From positions 13,082,001-13,146,000 of the forward strand of contig NC_043023.1 of the NCBI RefSeq assembly GCF_006345805.1: a stretch of DNA of 64,000 nt, given 5' to 3'. Source of the stretch: Octopus sinensis. Its lineage: Eukaryota. The translations under genes and the position numbers were made by a program. Positions 38,263-51,959 of this stretch are shown here, one piece after another (the first letter of the stretch is position 1; every line of letters starts with the position of its first letter). A model generated the notes under the pieces. The model had not been told where the DNA came from and made no database searches. It saw only the letters and a list, made by a program, of their open reading frames with translations.

Positions 38263-39933
38263 GTGATACGTATGAGAAATTACTATCTTATAATGAATGA
38301 TTTAAGAAAACCAAACAAACCTGATTCAGGTGAGAGGCCATATCACTGTGATATCTGTGGTAAATCATTCACTGAAGAAGGAGTCTTAACCAAACACAAA
38401 TGCATTGATACAGGAGAGAAACCACATCACTGTGATGTCTGTGGTAAATCATTCTCTCGAAGAGGTTCCTTGAGTAGACACATACATACACATACAGGAG
38501 AGAAACCACATCACTGTGGTGTCTGTGGTAAATCATTCTCTCTTAGAGGTTCCTTGAATAGACATATACATACACATACAGGAGAGAAGCCATTTCATTG
38601 CAATATCTGTGGTAAATCATTCTCTCAAAGTCGTTCTTTGACTATTCACGTACGTACACATACAGGAGAGAAGCCATATCGTTGTGATATTTGTGGTAAA
38701 TCATTCTCTCGAAGTGGTGTCTTGTCTCAACACAAACGTACACATACTGCAGAAAAACCATATAATTGTGACATCTGTGGTAAATCATTTTCTGAAAGTG
38801 GCCACGTGACTAGGCACAAGCGTACTCATACAGGGGAAAATCCATATCAGTGTGATATCTGTGGTAAATCATTTTCTGAAAGTGGCCACGTGACTAGGCA
38901 CAAGCGTACTCATACAGGGGAAAATCCAAATCAGTGTGACATCTGTGGTAAATCATTTTCTGAAAGTGGTGTCTTGTCTCAACACAAACGTACACATACG
39001 GGAGAAAAACCATATCATTGTGACATCTGTGGTAAATCATTTTCTCATAGTACCACTTTAACTAATCACAAACGTATTCATACAGGAGAGAAGCCTTATC
39101 ATTGTGAAATCTGTGGTAAATGTTTCTCTCAAAGTAGTGAGTTGATTAGTCACAAACGTATTCATACAGGAGAGAAACCATATCGTTGTAATATCTGTGG
39201 TAAATCGTTTTCTCTTTATACCACTTTGACTCGTCACAGACGTATTCATACAGGAGAGAAACCATATCATTGCAATATCTGTGGTAAATCATTCTTTCAA
39301 AGTGGTTCCTTGACTAGTCACATACATACACATACAGGGGAGAAGCCATTTCATTGCAATATCTGTGGTAAATCATTCTCTAGAAATAATGTGTTGACTC
39401 GTCACAAATTTATTCATACAGGAGAGAAGCCTTATCATTGTGAAATCTGTGGTAAATCATTTTCTGGAAAGTGTCAACTGACTAGTCACAACCGTTTTCA
39501 TACTGGTGAAAAACCATATCCATGTGATATCTGTGGTAAATCATTTTCTAAAAGTACCATGTTAACTAATCACAAACGTATTCATACAGGAGAGAAGCCT
39601 TATCTTTGTGAAATCTGTGGTAAATGTTTCTCACAAAGTAGTGAGTTGATTCGTCACAAACGTACACATACAGGAGAGAAGCCATATCATTGTGATGTCT
39701 GTGGCATGTCGTTTTCTCTTTATACCAGTTTGACTTGTCACAGACGGATTCATACAGGAGAGAAACCATATCGTTGTGATGTCTGTGGTAAATCATTCTC
39801 TAGAAGTAGTGACTTGACTGTCCATAAACGTATTCATACAGGAGAGAAACCATATCATTGTGATGTCTGTGGTAAATCTTTCTCTCAAAAAGGCCACTTA
39901 AGTACACATGTGAGTATTCATACACAGGTGTAA
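38263..39933 (+). CDS. C2H2 protein B5, about 19 fingers
   Basis: Intact ORF (first ATG 38272); acceptor TTTCAG|AATATC at 37877; AATAAA at 40586 and 40607. Confidence 0.92.
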   Translation: MIRMRNYYLIMNDLRKPNKPDSGERPYHCDICGKSFTEEGVLTKHKCIDTGEKPHHCDVCGKSFSRRGSLSRHIHTHTGEKPHHCGVCGKSFSLRGSLNRHIHTHTGEKPFHCNICGKSFSQSRSLTIHVRTHTGEKPYRCDICGKSFSRSGVLSQHKRTHTAEKPYNCDICGKSFSESGHVTRHKRTHTGENPYQCDICGKSFSESGHVTRHKRTHTGENPNQCDICGKSFSESGVLSQHKRTHTGEKPYHCDICGKSFSHSTTLTNHKRIHTGEKPYHCEICGKCFSQSSELISHKRIHTGEKPYRCNICGKSFSLYTTLTRHRRIHTGEKPYHCNICGKSFFQSGSLTSHIHTHTGEKPFHCNICGKSFSRNNVLTRHKFIHTGEKPYHCEICGKSFSGKCQLTSHNRFHTGEKPYPCDICGKSFSKSTMLTNHKRIHTGEKPYLCEICGKCFSQSSELIRHKRTHTGEKPYHCDVCGMSFSLYTSLTCHRRIHTGEKPYRCDVCGKSFSRSSDLTVHKRIHTGEKPYHCDVCGKSFSQKGHLSTHVSIHTQV

Positions 39934-40809
39934 CAATATCAGTATCAAAATTTATTACACCGGGACAACAATTATGAATATTTTGTCTGCTAAAAGACAG
40001 GGTTTATTCCTCTTCAAGCTTGATGTCATCAACTTCAGTTCTATCGCTGTCAATATGAAATTCATGAAGATGAACCTCAGTATCATGTATGTGTCTAAAT
40101 ATATTAAAACAGTGATGATTTCTGAAGAAGATGGTGCTGGATTTTTGAGGAATTTCTTACGAGAGAATGCAGGAATGGAAAAATGAATACAAGCTTTAAG
40201 AGACATTGAGTTTGTCTGTGTTTTCATCATCACCATCCTAATCCTAATCCACTCTGAAAGTGGTGACTTGACTAAAGACAAAGCTACACATACAGGAAAA
40301 ACGGCCTCTTAAGTACACGTGTGAGTCTACCAAATCCACAAGTGTAACCGTATCAGTATTAAAATTTATTACACCATGACAACAATTATGAATATTTTGT
40401 CTGCTAAAAGACAGGGTTTATTCCTCTTCAAGCTTGACATTATCAACTTCAGTTTCTTGGATGTCAACATGAAATTCATGAATCTCAACTTCAATATCAT
40501 TTATATATCTAAATATATCAACACAGAGATGACTTTGAGTTCTGAAGAGGATTGTGCTGGATTTTTGAGGAATTTGTTATGAGAGAATAAAGGAATGGGA
40601 ATAAGGAATAAAAGTTTTGAGTGACATTGGTTTTGTCTTTGTTGTGATTTCATCATCATCATCTTCATCATCCTTTACCATCCATTTTCTATGCAGGCAT
40701 GGATGGGAAAGTGTGACAGGTGCTGGCAAGTCGGAGTGCTTCTCCAGGTTCCAGTCAGACCTGGATTGTGTCGTTCTATATTTGAGAGATTAGGAATTAT
40801 GTACATTAT

Positions 40810-41020
40810 TTACTTTAGACTGATATTCGTCCTCGTCTTGTTGTTAACACAGTATTTCAACTGGTATACTCTCCAGCCTTCATCAGGTGTCTTGGGGAAA
40901 TACCTTAGGAATGATAACCTAGGTTCAAAATTTCCCCAATACACCTGATGAAGGCTGGAGAACATATCAGCTGAAACGTTGTGTGAACAACACGATGAGG
41001 ACAAATATCAGTCAAATGTG
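40810..41020. repeat. Fold-back repeat with minimal hammerhead-like motifs (Penelope-like)
   Basis: Arms 40813-40900 and 40931-41018; + arm ACAC-CUGAUGA-A-GGCUG...CAGCU-GAAA-CGUU-GUGU at 40941-40984. Confidence 0.7.
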
Positions 41021-41320
41021 GGTTTGGCTTGGTTTCTTTGGTTATATGCTCTTAAGATACATGGCGCATTTTATAAATATTCCTGTTCAAGTATCGTAAC
41101 AGCATGAAACAAGTTGTAGCGCTTTCAGTTGTGTATTTAATTTGATATATAAAGTGAGATAGGGGTTATGAGTGTAACCCACTATGGGATATCATTTATC
41201 CAATATACTGCCAGTAAAGTACCCAGAAAGGCTAATACATAAATGCTAAGAATTGCAATGCAATTCATTTATTGTATTATATGGGCGAAGGTAAAATGTT
41301 TCACCTCAAATTCATAATAC

Positions 41321-41649
41321 AAAATAAGAAAATGGAGGAATAGATTTCTTTCAATCATCAACTTCCAGATAATACCAATTCATATAATTTATTAACTAAT
41401 TATTTAGGAACATCCAGATCAAACAGAACAAAACAGTACACATCAATGAGTAATATAATACCATAAGAACATATATTTTATATTTATTTATATGTATTTT
41501 TTCTTATGGTATTATATTACTCATTGATGTGTACTGTTTTGTTCTGTTTGATCTGGATGTTCCTAAATAATTAGTTAATAAATTATATGAATTGGTATTA
41601 TCTGGAAGTTGATGATTGAAAGAAATCTATTCCTCCATTTTCTTATTTT
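41321..41649. repeat. Near-perfect palindrome (~150 bp arms); paralog at 61679-62008
   Basis: 41321-41469 is the reverse complement of 41500-41649. Confidence 0.9.
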
Positions 41650-42790
41650 CTTATTTGATATAAATATATATATATGTGTGTGTGTGTGGACAGGATGTCA
41701 GTCTGATAGCTAGAATAAGTGTATACAAGTCTCGTATTTTGAGTGTGTTTATGTCTGGGGCAGAAGCAGGGACTCACTTCGATAGGGAAATAGAAATCTC
41801 CAAACCTTTCAAATGTGGTGTTTGCACCTTAGCATGTGCAACCAAATGGCAAAATAAGACATCAAATGTAAAAGTCTTAGAAAAATGTGATATGTCCAGT
41901 ATTCAAAGCATGTTGATGAGGATTCAGTGAAGATGGGTAGGACATGTTTTTCAAATGAAAAGTGAATGCTTTCCAAAAATTCAGCAGGATGAACTATTAG
42001 CGCTAAACTATTAAGCACAATCCATGCATAATGAAGCCAGTAGCACCCAGTCGAACAAACACTTCCGTGCATGCGTAATGCAATAATGGTGATGTTCTTA
42101 ACTGTTATATGGGAATGTAAATATGTTTGCAAATTGTTTGTTTTTTACTTGTTATTCTGTGTTCTGAATAGTTTTTATTTTAATAAATGTTGCTTACTGC
42201 AAGTTATGGATGATTCTTTTATGACTTCATTGCTTTCAGGCTTAGCTTAAGGTATTTTCACACCTGACATCACAAAATGCGTCTGAATAAACATTGCCAG
42301 ACAGCAAATAGAGACTCGGATATGGCTTAGAAAGTATTTTTTATTTTTAACCTCATATATAGTACGCACTAGGGATTCTTACCTTTAAATTTTGGGAAAA
42401 AAATTATATAATATAATGAAATTATTGTATACAGTGCTCAGGTGCATCACAACTTGTCAAAAGTGCATATAAAGTATATGCAGTAATGTACAAATGTCTG
42501 GGAAGCGAACAGTGTATGAGTCAGATACATGTTTGTGTGTGTATGGAGGGGAGAAAATCAGGTGTAGTGTTGGCGAATCTCACAGCCACTCCTACACCTG
42601 TTGTTTATTCCGCTCTCATCAACTACACACGTTTAGGGTGAACACAAATGGCCGTCTGAATTCTCAGCCCTTCCTCGTGACAAATCAGAATTCCCTTCTT
42701 TGCTCACTAGTTAGATTGCAGTGAAATTCCTGTCTATAAGTCGTCTGTCACCACTTCGAGAGAATGATTTACCACTGATATTGCAATATA

Positions 42791-43955
42791 TGTTTCTTTC
42801 TTACCCACAAGGGGCTAAACATAGAGGGGACAAACAAGGACAGACAAACAGATTAAGACGATTACATCGACCCCAGTGGTTAACTGGTTCTTAATTTATC
42901 GACCCCGAAAGGATGAACTTCTCAAATATGTCCAGGGCGAAACTCTATTCAAAATAACTCGGATATTTTCCCTCACTTTTCATTCAATGTTCGTAGTGTG
43001 TTCCACTTATAATTATGAAATTCTTTCTTAAAATAAACTTGTTGGATCTCTAATCATTTCACGAACATCAAATAGGAAATTATCCTTCTAATGTACATAT
43101 ATTATCTGTTTCTTTCTTATCCACAAGGGTCTAAACATAGAGGGGGCAAACAAGGACAGACAAACAGATTAAGACGATTACATCGACCCCAGTGGTTAAC
43201 TGGTTCTTAATTTATCGACCCCGAAAGGATGAACTTCTCAAATATGTCCAGGGCAAAACTCTATTCGAAATAACTCGGATATTTTCCCTAACTTTTCATT
43301 CAATGTTCGTAGTGTGTTCCACTTATAATTATGAAATTCTTTCTTAAAATAAACTTGTTGGATCTCTAATCATTTCACGAACATCAAATAGGAAATTATC
43401 CTTCTAATGTACATATATTATCTGTTTCTTTCTTATCCACAAGGGGCTAAACATAGAGGGGGCAAACAAGGACAGACAAACAGATTAAGACGATTACATC
43501 GACCCCAGTGGTTAACTGGTTCTTAATTTATCGACCCCGAAAGGATGAACTTCTCAAATATGTCCAGGGCGAAACTCTATTCGAAATAACTCGGATATTT
43601 TCCCTAACTTTTCATTCAATGTTCGTAGTGTGTTCCACTTATAATTATGAAATTCTTTCTTAAAATAAACTTGTTGGATCTCTAATCATTTCACGAACAT
43701 CAAATAGGAAATTATCCTTCTAATGTACATATATTATCTGTTTCTTTCTTACCCACAAGGGGCTAAACATAGAGGGGGCAAACAAGGACAGACAAACAGA
43801 TTAAGACGATTACATCGACCCCAGTGCTTAACTGGTACTTAATTTATCGACCCCGAAAGGATGAAATTCTCAGTCGACCTCGGTGGAATTTGAACTCACA
43901 ACGTAACGGCTACACATTTCGCCCGGCGTGCTAACGGTTCTGCCAGTTCCCCACC
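42791..43955. repeat. Tandem repeat, 316-bp period, 3 units plus a terminal full SINE family 2 copy
   Basis: Unit starts at 42791, 43107, 43423 and 43739. Confidence 0.9.
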
Positions 43956-44094
43956 TTTACTGTTTATCTTTGTTTTTCTTCACTTATGCAAATATTCATA
44001 CACACAAACACTTTTCCCTTGCTATCAATTTAATTATCATCTTCTTTCTTCATGTTTTCATGTGTTAACTATCCCATATTACCTATATCATCTA

Positions 44095-44330
44095 TACAAG
44101 GGAGTACTGAAAAATTCTTGACTTTGGGTAAAAGAAAATAGAGGAGGATCAATTAATAATGATTTTATTCAATATATTCCCTTCTCAGATTCACACTTAT
44201 TGCAGTGGTCCTTCAGTTTTTCTAAGTCCTGTAAAAAGAACTTAGAATACTGGGCCTCCAACCAAGCTTTTCCTGATACCCTTAAAACCAGGAACTTTTC
44301 AGAACTCCATTATGTATCTTTCCATCTATC
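44095..44330. mobile_element. mariner-like MITE (similar copy ~44987-45127)
   Basis: Ends TACAAGGGAGTACTGAAAAATTC...GAACTTTTCAGAACTCC, degenerate inverted termini. Confidence 0.45.
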
Positions 44331-44399
44331 TATGTATATACATACATATATACATACATACGTACGTACATACATACATACATATATATATATATACAT

Positions 44400-44950
44400 A
44401 CATGGTGGCTGCCCCCTCATTATCAAGTATGGCCATTGCACAAAGCTTAATCAATGTTGTTATTGTGCAACACCTATGCAAGAAGATTTTATTTAAGTAA
44501 GGAAAGGTTGTGCACTGAGTCAATCCCACTCACTAAGCAACAGCAGCCATAATCCGAAAAGAAGAACAAGTCAACATCATCGGTAACCACTGAGTTGCAG
44601 GTTTTATGCCGGAGTTGTCCCAGTTACCTGAGTTACCTTCGCCTAGAAGGATGCCCTAACAAAGGCTAGGAGTCCTTCACTCCCAATGGTTTAACTGCGT
44701 GATCGGGTATTCAATCCGATTATTTCTATGTCCCCGCACTTGACATTTAAGACATTTATTGGATGGTCGTTGACTCTCAAGAGTTCCTCCGCCCTCTGAT
44801 GGGTTTTGTTTTTCATCCCGCAGGGTGACCAATAAACACCCTCCTCACCAAGCGAGCTTGGTGGGGTTGCAAGCTTCGTCGCCGACGACCCGACCATGCA
44901 ACAGGTTGTACTGGGTTACATGTTACCAGTAGCACTTGAAAGTGACCTGA
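44400..44950 (-). mobile_element. Non-autonomous RTE-related retroelement
   Basis: Minus-strand GCCTTTGTTAGGGCATCCTTCTAGGCGAAGG resembles an RTE 5' UTR motif; flanked by (TACA)n. Confidence 0.4.
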
Positions 44951-45586
44951 CATACATATATACATACATACATATACACACACACACAAGGGGATGATAA
45001 AAATTTACTGGCTTAATACACAAGGATTAATTAATTATGATTTTATTCAACATATTTCAGCTTCTCACACTTATTGCTGTAGTCCTTCAGTTTTTCTAAG
45101 CCCTGCAAAAGAACTCGGAAAGTCGGACCTCCAACTAGGACTTTCACAATTCCCCTAAAGCGAGGAACTTTTCAGCATCTCCTTATATGTAATGTAATGG
45201 TATGTATTAACATACAAAGCACACAATTCTAGAGCATAAATAAGTTATATATTTAATAATTAAATATTCAGAGACACCATCCATATGGAAAACAACAGTT
45301 AGTGTTCACATATTTAAGTAAAGAATATGAAAAATTTAACTAGAAATAATTATGTACCAAAGATAAAACAATATCAGCCTAAGACTAATATCCTATTTAT
45401 TTCGTAAAGTATAATGCACAACTTGGGATATGTTTCGCTCTTATTATGCCCTCATCATTGAAACAGACTTCATCCTAATTGCTGACATATATGGCTTCTC
45501 TCCTGTATGTGTACATATGTGGCAATGTCCCACACATATCTGAAGCAACAATAATGGACCTCAGCCCATCTGTGTCATCATTATAA

Positions 45587-45625
<39 letters not shown>

Positions 45626-45714
45626 GCAGTCACTCAAGATGGTTTCAATGTTTATATTTGAAGGAGAAGTCTTAGGAGAGTAATAGAAAGAAAAAGACAA
45701 AACACTTAGAAGAG

Positions 45715-46000
45715 CTGTATGTATGTTCCTTCTCGAGCCATGCCTGGCTCATAAGGGCCAGTTTCACGGTTTCCTTGGCATATAGGTTCCCCACCTGGAC
45801 GGGACGCCAGTCCGTCGCAGGTGAGCTGCAAGATGCAGGAGGAAAGAGTGAGAGAATGTTGTGGCGAAAGAGTCAGCAGAAGTTCGCCATTACCTTCTGC
45901 CGGAGCCGCATGGAGCTTAGGTGTTTCACTCATAAACACACACACACATCACCCAGTCTGAGATTCGAACCTGCGACCGTGAGTCCTCTGCTCTAACCAC
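45715..46000 (-). mobile_element. tRNA-derived SINE (inverted paralog at 57200-57465)
   Basis: GTGGTTAGAGC...GGTTCGAATC head on the minus strand. Confidence 0.65.
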
Positions 46001-46736
46001 CAGAAGAGCTGCATCTATTTGCAATGAATGTGTGAATGTAATTTGAGTCCAGAAATGGATTTTGCTATGAAGTCACAATGGGGACATTGATGACTTTGAT
46101 TGCGCAAAGGATTGGGCGAATGTGTCTGTTGGTTGGAGGATATAGGTCTGCTATTCTTCTTTTTCATCAACTCAAATTCTTCACATGGCATCCTGACACA
46201 TTTTACACCATACAGATGGTTCTAGGCAATGGCTTTCCCAGGATATCACGTCAAGCTGTAGAGATTTTATTTATTGCTTAAACTTATCCGTATATGTAAG
46301 GAAATGTCTTCCTCTGCCACTTGTTGGCCTTACAGAAGAATATTTGGAATGCGATCATTTCGTCTTTGGAAAACATCTCCTGCACCCATTTGCACTGAAT
46401 TCTCATCTGTATGCCTTGGATACTGGACATATTACATTTTACTAAAATTTTTACATTTAATGTCTTATCTTGCCATTTTGCTGCATATGTTGTGTTGCAA
46501 ACACCACATGCCAAAAAATTTCAGTTTTTCTCTTTCTTCGTAGAAGGGAGTCCATGCTTCTGCCTCATATAAAAAAAATACTCAAAATACAAGATTTCTA
46601 TTATTTTAGTTGTCAGACTGATATCATGTTCACACAAATACATATATCAAATTAAATACACAACTGAAAGCACTACTACTTGTTTCATACTGTTATGATT
46701 CTTGAACAGGAATATTGATAAAATGCGCCATGTATC

Positions 46737-47208
46737 TTAACCCTTTCATTACCGTATTTATTTTGAGATGTTCTCTGTTTCCTTCAATTAATTTTAAAGA
46801 ATTTAGAAAAATAACTTCATTATCATTAAGCTAGTGTTAGGAACATAAATTGTGACTAAGGTTTGGTGGAAGATTTTAATTCAAAATTTATGAAAACGAG
46901 ACATTTATATTAAAGAGCCAGAGGTGGTTTCAGGTAGGTTGGTATTAAAAGGGTTAAGAATTGTTTCTCTATTATATATTTTAACCCTTTTGTTACTGTA
47001 TATATTTTGAGATGCTCTGTGTTTCATTCAATTAATTTTAAATATAACAAAGAATTATTAAAATAATGTAGTCATCATTAAGGTAGTGTTAGGAACATAA
47101 ATTGTGACTAAGGTTTGGTGGAAGATTTTAATTCAGAACTTATGAAAACAAGACATTTGTACTACAGAGCCAGAGCAGGTTTCAGCTGTGTTGGTATTGA
47201 AACGGTTA
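46737..47208. mobile_element. Two piggyBac-type MITEs (inverted paralog at 55998-56464)
   Basis: TTAACCCTTT...AAAGGGTTAA ends; same family as 5833-6304. Confidence 0.7.
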
Positions 47209-47630
47209 AGGGCATAGAGCCAAAGAAACCAAGCCCAATCTGACAGGAACATGGAGCAGCACTCTGGCTTGCCAGGTCATGTCACACTTACCCATCCAAG
47301 TCTGGATCGAAGACGGATGCTAAAAATGGATGTTAGATGATGATGATGAAAACACAACAAAGACAAAATCAATGTCACTTAAAACTTTTATTCTCTCAAA
47401 ACAAATTCCTCAAAAATCCAGCACAATCATCTTCAGAAGCCAAAGTCATCTCTGTGTTGATATATTTAGATATATAAATAATATTGAAGTTGAGATTCAT
47501 GAATTTCATGTTGACATCCAAGAAACTGAAGTTGATAATGTCAAGCTTGAAGAGGAATAAACCCTGTCTTTTAGCAGAAAAAATACTCATAATTGTTGTC
47601 ATGTTTTAATAAATGTTAATATTGATACAG

Positions 47631-48126
47631 TTACACTTGTGTATGAATACTCAAATGTGTACTTAAGTGGCCTTTTTGAGAGAAACATTTACCACAGATG
47701 TTACAATGATATGGCTTCTCTCCTGTATGAATACGTTTATGTCTAGTTAACGTGGTACGATGAGAAAATGATTCACCACAGATATCACAATGAAATGGTT
47801 TTTTCCCCAGTATGAGTACGCATGTGCCTAGCCACGTGACCACTTTCAGAAAATGATTTACCACAGATATTGCAATGATATGGCTTCTCTCCTGTATGTG
47901 TACGTACGTGACTAGTCAAATGACTATTTCTAGAGAATGATTTACCACAGATATTACAATGATATGCTTTCTCCCCTGTATGTGTACGTACGTGACTAGT
48001 CAAGGAACTACTTTGAGAAAATGATTTACCACAGATATCACAGTGATATGGCTTCTCACCTGAATCAGGTTTGTTTGGTTTTCTTAAATCATTCATTATA
48101 AGATAGTAATTCCTCATACGTATCAC
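47631..48126 (-). pseudogene. C2H2 gene B6, about 5 fingers, split by a +1 frameshift at ~47800
   Basis: ORF 47785-48126 continues in ORF 47631-47864, which ends HTQV; acceptor at 48512, exon-1 donor at 50206. Confidence 0.75.
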
Positions 48127-49411
48127 AATGATAATGATTTTTTCAATTCTATGAATATATCTGTGTTCAGTTGTGTCAGTATTTTCAGAGAATAATTTAA
48201 CACTGTGTTTCTTTCATCTGTGTTCTTGCTTAACATCTAAAATGGCAGATGTAAACAGTTAAAACCTTTGTAAATTTATCCAAGCTTAATTAACCAAGCA
48301 ATCACCTTCTCTACATTCCAAGCAGCAAAGAAAACAAAAATGTTGCTCTTAATTCTATCGTAGAAGAAATATTTTCTTATCGTTTGTTGTTGATGCATTG
48401 ATGAATGTGCCTCAGAAATATATGGTCTTCCTTTAATTGATGAAAGTCAATCAAAATATCAGAGGCATGTCTAATTGAAAAGATTTCTTTAATGTCAACA
48501 TGATGTGATATTCTGAAATAGAAAAAAAGAAGCAGTGAGATAAAGAGAATCATTAAAAGTCATAGTAATTCAACATTGCAAATCTTACAACATCAACACT
48601 GTCATCCATTTAATGTCAATGTCTGCATGGGTCAGAATTCACTGAGGCTTTGAAAGTTTTACAACATTCTGTACATAGATGAAGCGTTTCTACATTTCTC
48701 TAAATTCGTACCTGTTTTCCTCCATTACCTGTTTTCTTTGGCATGAAACCACCTTAATTCTGGGAAGAGGGTATTTTCAAGTTAAAGGAAAGATGGAGAC
48801 GCATTGTGCAACAAAACGGTTCATATTAGGTTGATTAAAAATGTATTGGCAAGTATTTATTGACCTTTTTCTTTCCTTCAAAACCCCGCCACGAACTTTC
48901 ACTCCGGACAACACCCAACAAATATAATTCTATGTATACTAAGCAGATCGTTCACAAGCCGAACAAAATTCATGAACCGCCTTTCCCAATTTTCGTCCGT
49001 CTACACTACTAGAATTTTCAAATCCCCATCGAGTCGAATTTGCTTTTCATCTCCTTTCGAGTTAAAAACAAACAAGAACATTAGCGCACAGTTGTTTCCA
49101 TGGAAGCGACGTCCGCTTCTCCCACCAATTTTCTGAACTTGTGTCTAAAGTACAAAAGATTATTGTCATCAACACTATTATTATTATAAGTATTAGTATT
49201 ATTATTATAGCGACCCCGAAACGAAGGAAAGTCAATGTCGACCTCAGCGGAAACTCTCTTTCATCCCTTTCACGAAATACTGAGTTCCATGTATTCGACA
49301 GGGGTCCATGGAAGCGACGTCCGCTTCTCCCGCCAATTTTCTGAACTTGTGTCTAAAGTACAAAAGATTATTGTCATCAACACTACTATTATTATTATTA
49401 TTATTATACAC

Positions 49412-49645
49412 TAAGGCGGCGAACTAGCAGAAACGTTGGCACGTCGGGCAAAATGCATAGCTGGATTTCGTTTGCCGTTACGTTCTGGGTTCAAATTCCG
49501 CCGAGGTCGACGTTGCCTTTCATCCTTTCAGGGTCGATAAAATAAATACCAGTTACGCACTGGAGTCGATGTAATAGACTTAATCCGTCTGTCTGTCCTT
49601 GTTTGTCTACTCTGTGTTTAGCCCCTTGTGGGTAGTAAAGAAATA
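49412..49645 (+). mobile_element. SINE family 2
   Basis: Mirror of the 36975-37210 insertion. Confidence 0.75.
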
Positions 49646-50205
49646 TGTTATTATTATAGCGACCCCGAAACGAAGGAAAGTCAATGTCGACCTCAGCGGA
49701 AACTCCTGACTGCAAATACGGCCGAGGTCGACTTTGCCTTTCATCCCTTTCGGGAAATACTAGGTTCCATATATTCGACTTCGTGCTCCCCTCAAACTCT
49801 GCAGGCCTCGGCAAAATTTCAGACCTACATCATTACTATTATTAATATAACCTATTAAACAACAGGACGTTAATTAATATGGCATTCTTCAATCGGTTTC
49901 GCCTCATTTTACTAATTAATTAATTAATTACACTGTTTTACTCTCGTTCTACCAATTAATTTACTTTATATCCCATGTAACGGTGGTTCATAGGTTTTCC
50001 TAAACAACAGATCAACATTTTAGTTTGGAAATTATTAATTAAGACGAGTAAATATATTTTCTTAATTGTTGTCAGGTTCCCGCTTCGAAAAATAATTACT
50101 CTAACATCGAGAGGTTCACATAATTCTATTATTCACATGATTATTATTAGTTTAGTAGTAGTATTAACACCTTTACAGACTTAAAGTAAATCTTTATCAA
50201 CTTAC

Positions 50206-50815
50206 CGTATTCACAAACAAGCAATGAGTCAGTGAAGCAGTAATTAAGCACCTTAATTAAGAATTTAAAAGAAGCGTGGTTGAAGTGTTGTAGAGGTTAT
50301 TTCCCTTTAGATGATTGTCTTTCTTCAGTTCTCCAATAGATGGCTCCACTGACTTTTCTTTGTCCCTTTCTGTCAGGAACCTCCCTTCAACTTTTTTCAA
50401 ATTTTCATCTCAATAGACGTCATTGATTGGTTGAAATTAATAAAATTAAACAACAAATATCTCACAAATTATAGAATTTTCTCAATAAAGCCAAGGGAAA
50501 AAGATGTTTTATAAACACATTCTACCAGTATACGTAGTTTAAAAGTGTTTAGTTACGTGGAAATTATAATTAAAAACTGCCGGTCAAACGGAAAAGATCC
50601 CAAATTTCCTCCCAATTATTTGAATCTAAACATTTTAATTCCTTTTTAAATGATTGTATTTAAATTCTCCAGTAGAGCCATCTATTGGAGCATAGCAGAA
50701 ATACAATCATCTAAAGGGAAATAACCTCTACAACACCTCAACCTCGTTTCTTTTAAATTCTTAATTAAGGTGCTTAATTACTGCTTCACTGACTCGTTGC
50801 TTATTTGTGAATACG
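50206..50815. promoter_or_regulatory. Second putative bidirectional promoter (B6/B7), direct paralog of 35811-36416
   Basis: Mirror donors at 50206 (-) and 50815 (+); same spacer at 50350-50670. Confidence 0.5.
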
Positions 50816-51959
50816 GTAAGTTGATAAAGATTGACTTTAATGATGTAATAGTGATAATACTACTACTACTAATAATAATAATGTGAATAATAGAATTATG
50901 TGAACCTCTCGATGTTAGAGTAATTAATTGTCGAAGCGGGAACCTGACAACAATTAAGAAAATATATTTATTCGTCTTAATTAATAACTTCCAAACTGAA
51001 ACTTTGATTACATACTTTTTTTTGTTTCCAAAATCTTTTCCGGGGACTGTGGGATATCGTAGAATTTCGATCTGCAATAAGGAAAAAAAAATAAACGGTT
51101 TGACCCGATCATAAAAACCTATTTCTTTCCTACCCACAAGGGGCCAAACAGATTAAGTCGATTACATCGACCCCAATACGTAACTGGTACTTAATTTATC
51201 GATCCCGAGTGGATGAAAGACAGTGTAGACCTCGGCGGAATTTGAACTCAGAACGTAAGAACATACGAAATATGGCTGTGCATTTCGCCCGTCTTGCTAA
51301 CGTTTCTGTGTAATAGGTGTAAAAGAACTTGCTCTAAACGAATATCACAAAAAAAAAAAATGCGAAAGGGAGTGTGGGAGAGGCCCCGAATAGTCACATC
51401 TTCAGTCCATGGCCTTTAAACTATAGTGTTTGAGCCGGGGCCTGAAAGAATTTCAAAATAGTGTAATTGGTGTAAGACTACTTGTTCTAAACGATTATGA
51501 AGAACATACAGACACACACACAAAGAGAAATGGTTTGTTTATGACAGGTGTGACTTGAACTGAATTTAAATAAGCAAGAAAGATATTATCAAAGAAAAGG
51601 CCATTGCACCATCTTTAGTACCTGTTGTTGTTGTTCAAGTACCCTGACTTCGTAATATGCTGCAGACTCCTTCTTTTTATTAGGAAAAGGGGGGTGGGAA
51701 ACCGGCCCCCCACCTCCCTATCCCGGAATCGTTTGAATGGGTTTTTTTTTCTTGTTTAATGAATTATGGTGACCACCTAATGTACCCCGAAACACTTTGG
51801 GGGGTGGGGTCGAGAAAACGGGGTATGGGGTGGGTGGAACCCACGGAAATTTCACACTCCAACCATTTTCATATATTTTTTACTGTTTGTTTCTTTACAA
51901 ATATTTTTAGATAACATTTTGCAGAAATACGTTTTCGAGAGAGTGTGGATTGCATTAGC

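Noticed and set aside
45421-45465. Minus-strand TGATGA...GAGCGAAACATATC, a degenerate hammerhead
   Set aside because: The first core C is missing and stem II does not pair; at best a dead relic.
48880-49100. Locally accelerated divergence of the B6 intron
   Set aside because: Dense small indels look like low-quality consensus sequence rather than biology.
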